31,629 nt of DNA, from IMG/VR virus record IMGVR_UViG_3300030107_003910, positions 1-31,629 of that record; one strand, given 5' to 3'. The notes beneath the pieces are model-generated. The model saw nothing but the letters and a program-made list of their open reading frames with translations, was not told where the DNA came from and ran no database searches. Both the position numbers and the translations under genes were made by a program. Numbering within the stretch: the first letter of the stretch is position 1; the number at the start of each line of letters is the position of its first letter. The stretch comes from a virus (Duplodnaviria > Caudoviricetes). This document shows positions 15,001 through 21,000 of the stretch, piece by piece.

Positions 15001-18000
15001 GACCATACTCCAGCATTTGCAGCATACAATCCAACTACAGGTGTTGTAACAATTACTATTGATGCTCATGGATTCTCTGCTGGAGATAGAGTTAAATTTG
15101 ATGCTGGTGCTTTAACCTTTACTTGTGCTCAAGACAGTAATGCTACTAACCATGCATATCCAAGAACTACTGACCCAACTTACGGTAAGTGGTTACCAAT
15201 TAGTAATGTAACTACAACTACATTTGATGTACAAATCGGACCTTCACCTAATACTACAGTTCACAACTGGGTATCTGCTACTGCAAACGGATTGAAGAGA
15301 CAGAATGGTCAGATTACAGTTAACGTTGGTACTGCTGGCACAAACGCACAATTTACTCCATCTGCTGCTACTTACAATGCAGTAACTGGTGACATGACAT
15401 TGACTATTGGTCAGCATGGCATACAGGTTGGATCTAATATTGTGATTGCTAATGATTCATTGACATTCAAGTGTGCAATGGATGGATCAACTGCTAACAA
15501 GACTTATCCTCGTGCTACAGACCCATTTGGACAAAGCAAATCTATTCGTGTTGATGAAGTAGGTTATACTTCTAAGACTGCAACTACCGTAGCATATACA
15601 CCTGGTACTGGTGTTATGACAATTACAGTACCTTCTCATGGATACTCCAATAACGATTACATTCAAATCGTTGAAGGGTCTCTAGTAATGAGATGTGCTC
15701 TTGATGGTAATCAGACAGACCATGCATATCCTAGAAAGACAGACCCATACTACGGTAAGTGGTTGAAGATTTCTAACGTTGCTACTAATACTTTCCAAGT
15801 TAACGTTGGTATATCTTCTGATATAACAACTCATACATTCGTTTCTGCTGCCACTGATGGTATTAGAAAGCAGAGTGGTGTAATCACAGTTAACGTTGGT
15901 AAATCTCCTGCTATTGGTTACGATGTAGATGCTGCATCCTTCGTACCTGCTACTGGACTTCTAACAGTAACAATTGGTGAGCACAGTCTCACTACAGACC
16001 ATAAGGTTAAGATTGCAAACAACTCTCTAACATTTACATGTGCTCAAGACAGTCATGGATCCAACCACACATATCCTCGTGCAAACGGTCAAGGTGGTGC
16101 ATCTGCTGACGATCCAGCATACGATGATGCTGTAGCGATTACTGCGGTAACATCAACAACTATTACTCTAAACGTTGGTACATCCTCCAACACAACTGCA
16201 CATACTTTCGTAAGTGCAAACAGTAACTACACTGCAACTGGTGCAACCTACAGTCCAACTACAGGTCTATTGACATTGACTGTTAATGGTCATGGATTCG
16301 CTAACGGTGAAAGAGTTAAGATAGCAGACAATTCATTAACATTCACTTGTGCTAAGGATAGTAATGCTACTAACCATACATATCCAAGACCAAGTGATCC
16401 TGTATCTGGTAAGTGGTTAACTGTTTCTGGAGTTACTTCAAATACATTCCAAGTACAAGTATTAGATTCACTACCTTCTACAAACATTTCTACTCACGCA
16501 TTTGTATCTGCTACTGCTAATGGAATCAAGAGAGCAGTAATTCATACAGGTGGTGATTATACACATACATTCCAAAGTGCTTCTTCTAATGCAGTTTCTT
16601 ACACTCCAGATTCTACTCACTTATTTGTAAGTGCTAGAGGTGGTGCAGTTAAGAAATGGTTGCATACTCATAAGTGGGTTAAGGCAATTGCTGATTGTGT
16701 CAAGATTCTTGGTTATAACAATAGTGATTGCTCAGACGTACAATCTACTGTTGATAACTTATTATCTGTTATCATCGATACACTGATTGAAGCAAATCAG
16801 GCAGTCGCTGTAGACCATCTAGCAACTATTACGAAACTAACTCCAGCACATGAATATGTTGGTGCAACTACTGATGCATTCTTAGCAATACCATTTAACA
16901 TTGATGACATTGCTACTGGTCTTGCTTATACAAGAAGAGTTGACCTAGCAACTAGAGATAGATTTAGAGATGCTGCTGACCTAATTCGCCTCAACCGTGG
17001 TCCTATCGTTGATAAGGCTTCTGCTGACATGCTTACTCGTTATCCAGAGTTAGTACTAGGAATGCCTAGAAACGCTGATGCTAGTGGTGCTGGTACTTTA
17101 CGTTGTAAGACTGACCTTGGAATTATCTTAGATGCTATTGCAAATGACATCGAAGATGGTGGTAACTATAATACTTTAATTGCAGTTAAGAATTACCTTG
17201 GAACTAACGATGAAATTCAACACGTTAGACTTCAATTACTTCAATCTCTATATGCACATAACAGACTTGGACTTTATGCCAAGCAAGCAGTAACAGGTGA
17301 CCTAGACGATACCAATACTGATTCTGTTGTTATTGGTGATTGGGGTATTACTCAAGACACTGCTACTAACTTTACTCCTTCTGCTGCCACATACGATCCT
17401 TTAACTGGTGACATGGTATTAACCATTGGATCACATACTTTGACAGTTGGTAGGAAGATTAACATTGCTGCTGGTGGATTGAAATTCACTTGTGCAATGG
17501 ACGGCAACTCTGCTGCTAAGGATTATCCTAGAGCAACCGATCCTTGGTATAACAAGAATATTTTAATTAAGGCAGTTGCTGCAACAACTATAACAGTTAA
17601 CATTGGTGCATCACCTAGCAAATACTTTACTCCTACTGCTGCAACATACGAGCCTACTACAGGTGTATTGGTATTAACAATCGGTGCTCACAACTTAGCA
17701 GTTGGCACAGCAATTCAGATTGCAAATCAATCATTAACCTTCACTTGTGCACAAGACAGTCATGGATCTAATAAACTATATCCTCGTGCAAATGGTCAAG
17801 GTGGAGCATCAGCTGATGACCCTGCATACAACGACGCTGTAGCAATTACTGCTGTTGATGATAATACAATCACAGTTAACGTTGGTACATCTTCTAACAC
17901 AACTGCACATCTATTTGTCACTGCTGCTGCTGACGCTATAGTCACAGGTGGTAACTACGCTCATACATTCGTATCTGCTGTTGCTAACTCTGTAACTGCT

Positions 18001-21000
18001 CCTGGCGATTGCACAAACGTTAAGGATGCTCTTCAAACTCTAATTGAATTAGCAAATGAGACTCTTGCTCCTAATGGAGACAGATATAGAGACGCAGGTG
18101 ATTTACTACACTTCAATAAGGATTACATTGCTGAGGAAGCAGTTGGTTTACTAGATGCTGAGTTCTCATATACTCTAAACAACATCCTTTATCAATCATT
18201 CGCTTATCCAGGCGGTGCTACTGGTAAAGATACATGTAAGAAAGATATTAAACTATTGCTTGATAGTGTCATCAGTGACTTACAAACTGGTGGTAATAGT
18301 AATACTATTAGAGCAATTGAAAATTACATTGCTACTTCTGGTGGTATCAAACAGGTTGAAGATCAATTACTCTCAACCATATATGCTTTCCAGCAAGTTA
18401 AGAGACTTGGTAAATTAGCAATAATCAATAACCTTTATAATCAAGGTCAGGCTGGATTAACTGGAGACCAGTATGCAGCATTCTGGACAACTGAAACTGC
18501 ATATCGTGATGCAACCATTACCGATAGTAAGGGTGATACTGCATACTTAAGTGATGATTGTGTTAACGCAGTCAACTCGTTTGAAAACTTGATGGATATC
18601 GTAATTGATACTCTATCTCCTTCAGATGATACTGGTAGGTCTGCTGGTAGAATGATTCTTAATAACAAGAATTACTATGACCAAGAATTAGAAAACCTCG
18701 TTAACAGTCAGTGGGGATCAGGTGCATGGTCAACAGATATTAATACATTCTTAGACACAACAATTGATGATGTAATACATGACCTTGCAATCACTGATAC
18801 ATCTAAGTTTGATACTGCTAGAAACATCACTCTTACCAATGTAATTGGAGAATTCGTTGTTGGTGAAACTGTAACTTCATCTGGTGGTGGATATGCAACT
18901 GTTAAGGAATATCTAAGCGATTCTCTGACACTTGTTATTGGTAGTGTTACAGGTAGAAATTGGGCATCTGTAGATGACTTAACTGGTACTAGCGGTGCAA
19001 CTGCTGTAGTTAATGTTGTTGGTGATATCTACGATTACTACACAACTGTTGCTAACGTGCAATCACTTGCAACTACAAGAGTTATTGTAACTGGTATTGC
19101 TGACCAAGTTGCAAATATAAACCTCTTCACTAATCCTGAAGACTTCACTGCTAACTGGACTTCAACTAAGTCAAGTATAGATGGAAATGTCCATGCTGAC
19201 CCAGACGATCAATTACTTGCTGAGAAGGTTGTAGTTGACAGCACTACTGGTGAGCACACAATTCATAGAAATTATAACCTAACTGCATACGATACATTTG
19301 ATGATTCTACTATCAAGTGGGATAGTGGCAATGAGAAGTTTGACGAAGGTGCTGTTGCAACTGACCAGACATTCACATTCTCTGCATTCATTAAGAAAGC
19401 AGAATATGATAAGGTTAGATTCCAAATGGTATTGGATCCTGGCACAACAGCAGAGCAAAATGCATTCTTTGACCTTGATTTAAGTAACGCATCATTCGGT
19501 AGTATATTCACACCTCAACAAGGTATTACTGCTAACGCATACGGATCAGTTCCTGTTGGTGGTGGATGGATAAGAGCATTTATTCAGATTACATTCTCTT
19601 ATGGTTTCACAACTTTACAGAATAAGATTATTGTTAAGAATAGCGGTGGTTCAACTAACTACGCTGGCGACGGTGTAAGTGGTGTATATGTCTGGGGTAG
19701 CAAACTAACTAAGTCTGCACTTGACCCATATGTTTCTGCATACGGCACAACATTCTATGCAGACAATGATTTCAACATTAAAAACTACATCCTTGATACA
19801 TTACAGACACAGATTGACCAAGCACTTAATCAGACTTTAGTTTCACCTTCTCCTGGATCTTCTTTCTACTCATTTACATCTGCTACTCTTGCTAATGACT
19901 ATGATTCTCTATCAATTATGAGAGTCGTAAGATACCTCTTAGGTATGGTTAGAAAGCAACTTGTAGATAACTCTCATTACACAACTATCATTAATCAAAG
20001 TGGTATTGTTACTCCTGCTAAGACATACGGCACGAGAAATCTTCCAATACCTCTTGGTGGTGGTATTAATAACGCCGATAACTTCTTTGGTGCTACTTCA
20101 GGTGCATACGCAGAAGTTGAATCAGTCACTAAGAATGAAGCAAAACTTGTCCAGATATACTCCAGATTTAGAATTGATGGCACTATCACTGATGGTCCAT
20201 TCACAATGAATGAAGCAATCCAAAAGCAAGGTGATAATACTAAGACTGGTATCGTTTACGGATTCCATGAGGACGCAAACTTCAAGTATGTAGATGTTAA
20301 GATTACTGCTGGTACATTCGCAGTCACAGACAATATTGTAGGTGCTGCTAACTCAACCACTTGTCAGATTAGTAACATCGAGACAAGAATGCACTTCATC
20401 GATAAGGTGGGAACATTTGATGCTTCAGTTGGATTCCAAGGATATACTTCAGGTGCAACTGCTGATGTTAACTCAAACATCACTGCTGAAGCTGCTGTCC
20501 TTACAAACACTGGTGGTAAGTTAGTTGTTGACACTGAGACTCTAACAGGCACATTCGAGAAGACTGCGGTTGTATACGCTGAAAACTCCAGACAATACCT
20601 AGAAGTTTCTAAGTTTAATGGTTTAGATGTTGCTATCGGTAACAGAATTGTATCAGACGGATACACAAGAATTGGTATTAGTATACTAACTGGTCTTAAT
20701 AGCTTCACTGTTGGTAACAGACTTTATAAGGTGCAATCAGGTGTCCAAGATAACGCTAATTACGGTATCATTACATCTGTTGACCTAGACAATAATTACC
20801 TCTATTACGCACCTGTAATGGGTACTATCACTAACGGTAATATCGTTGGTGACTATGGTGCTGGTGAATCATTCCCAGTTGGATACGCACAGGTAACTAC
20901 ATCTGTTGTAACAGCAGGTGCTGCTGGTGCTCTTGTCCAAGACATCGAGACAGTCGGTGTTAACAAGCGTATCTACATGAGTGACATCGTTGGTACCTTC

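Noticed and set aside
11716-16710. Assembly artefact as the source of the nested repeats
   Set aside because: Units are too diverged at the nucleotide level to collapse or mis-join. The frame is intact throughout, and the parse balances with consistent site-specific linkers, which random mis-assembly would not produce. Long reads would confirm this.
11716-18000. Repeats as a CRISPR array or a diversity-generating retroelement TR/VR pair
   Set aside because: Similarity is at the protein level with synonymous divergence. There are no identical 25-45 nt direct repeats with spacers, no adenine-restricted mismatches between the closest pair (units 15/18), and no reverse transcriptase or cas gene in the window.
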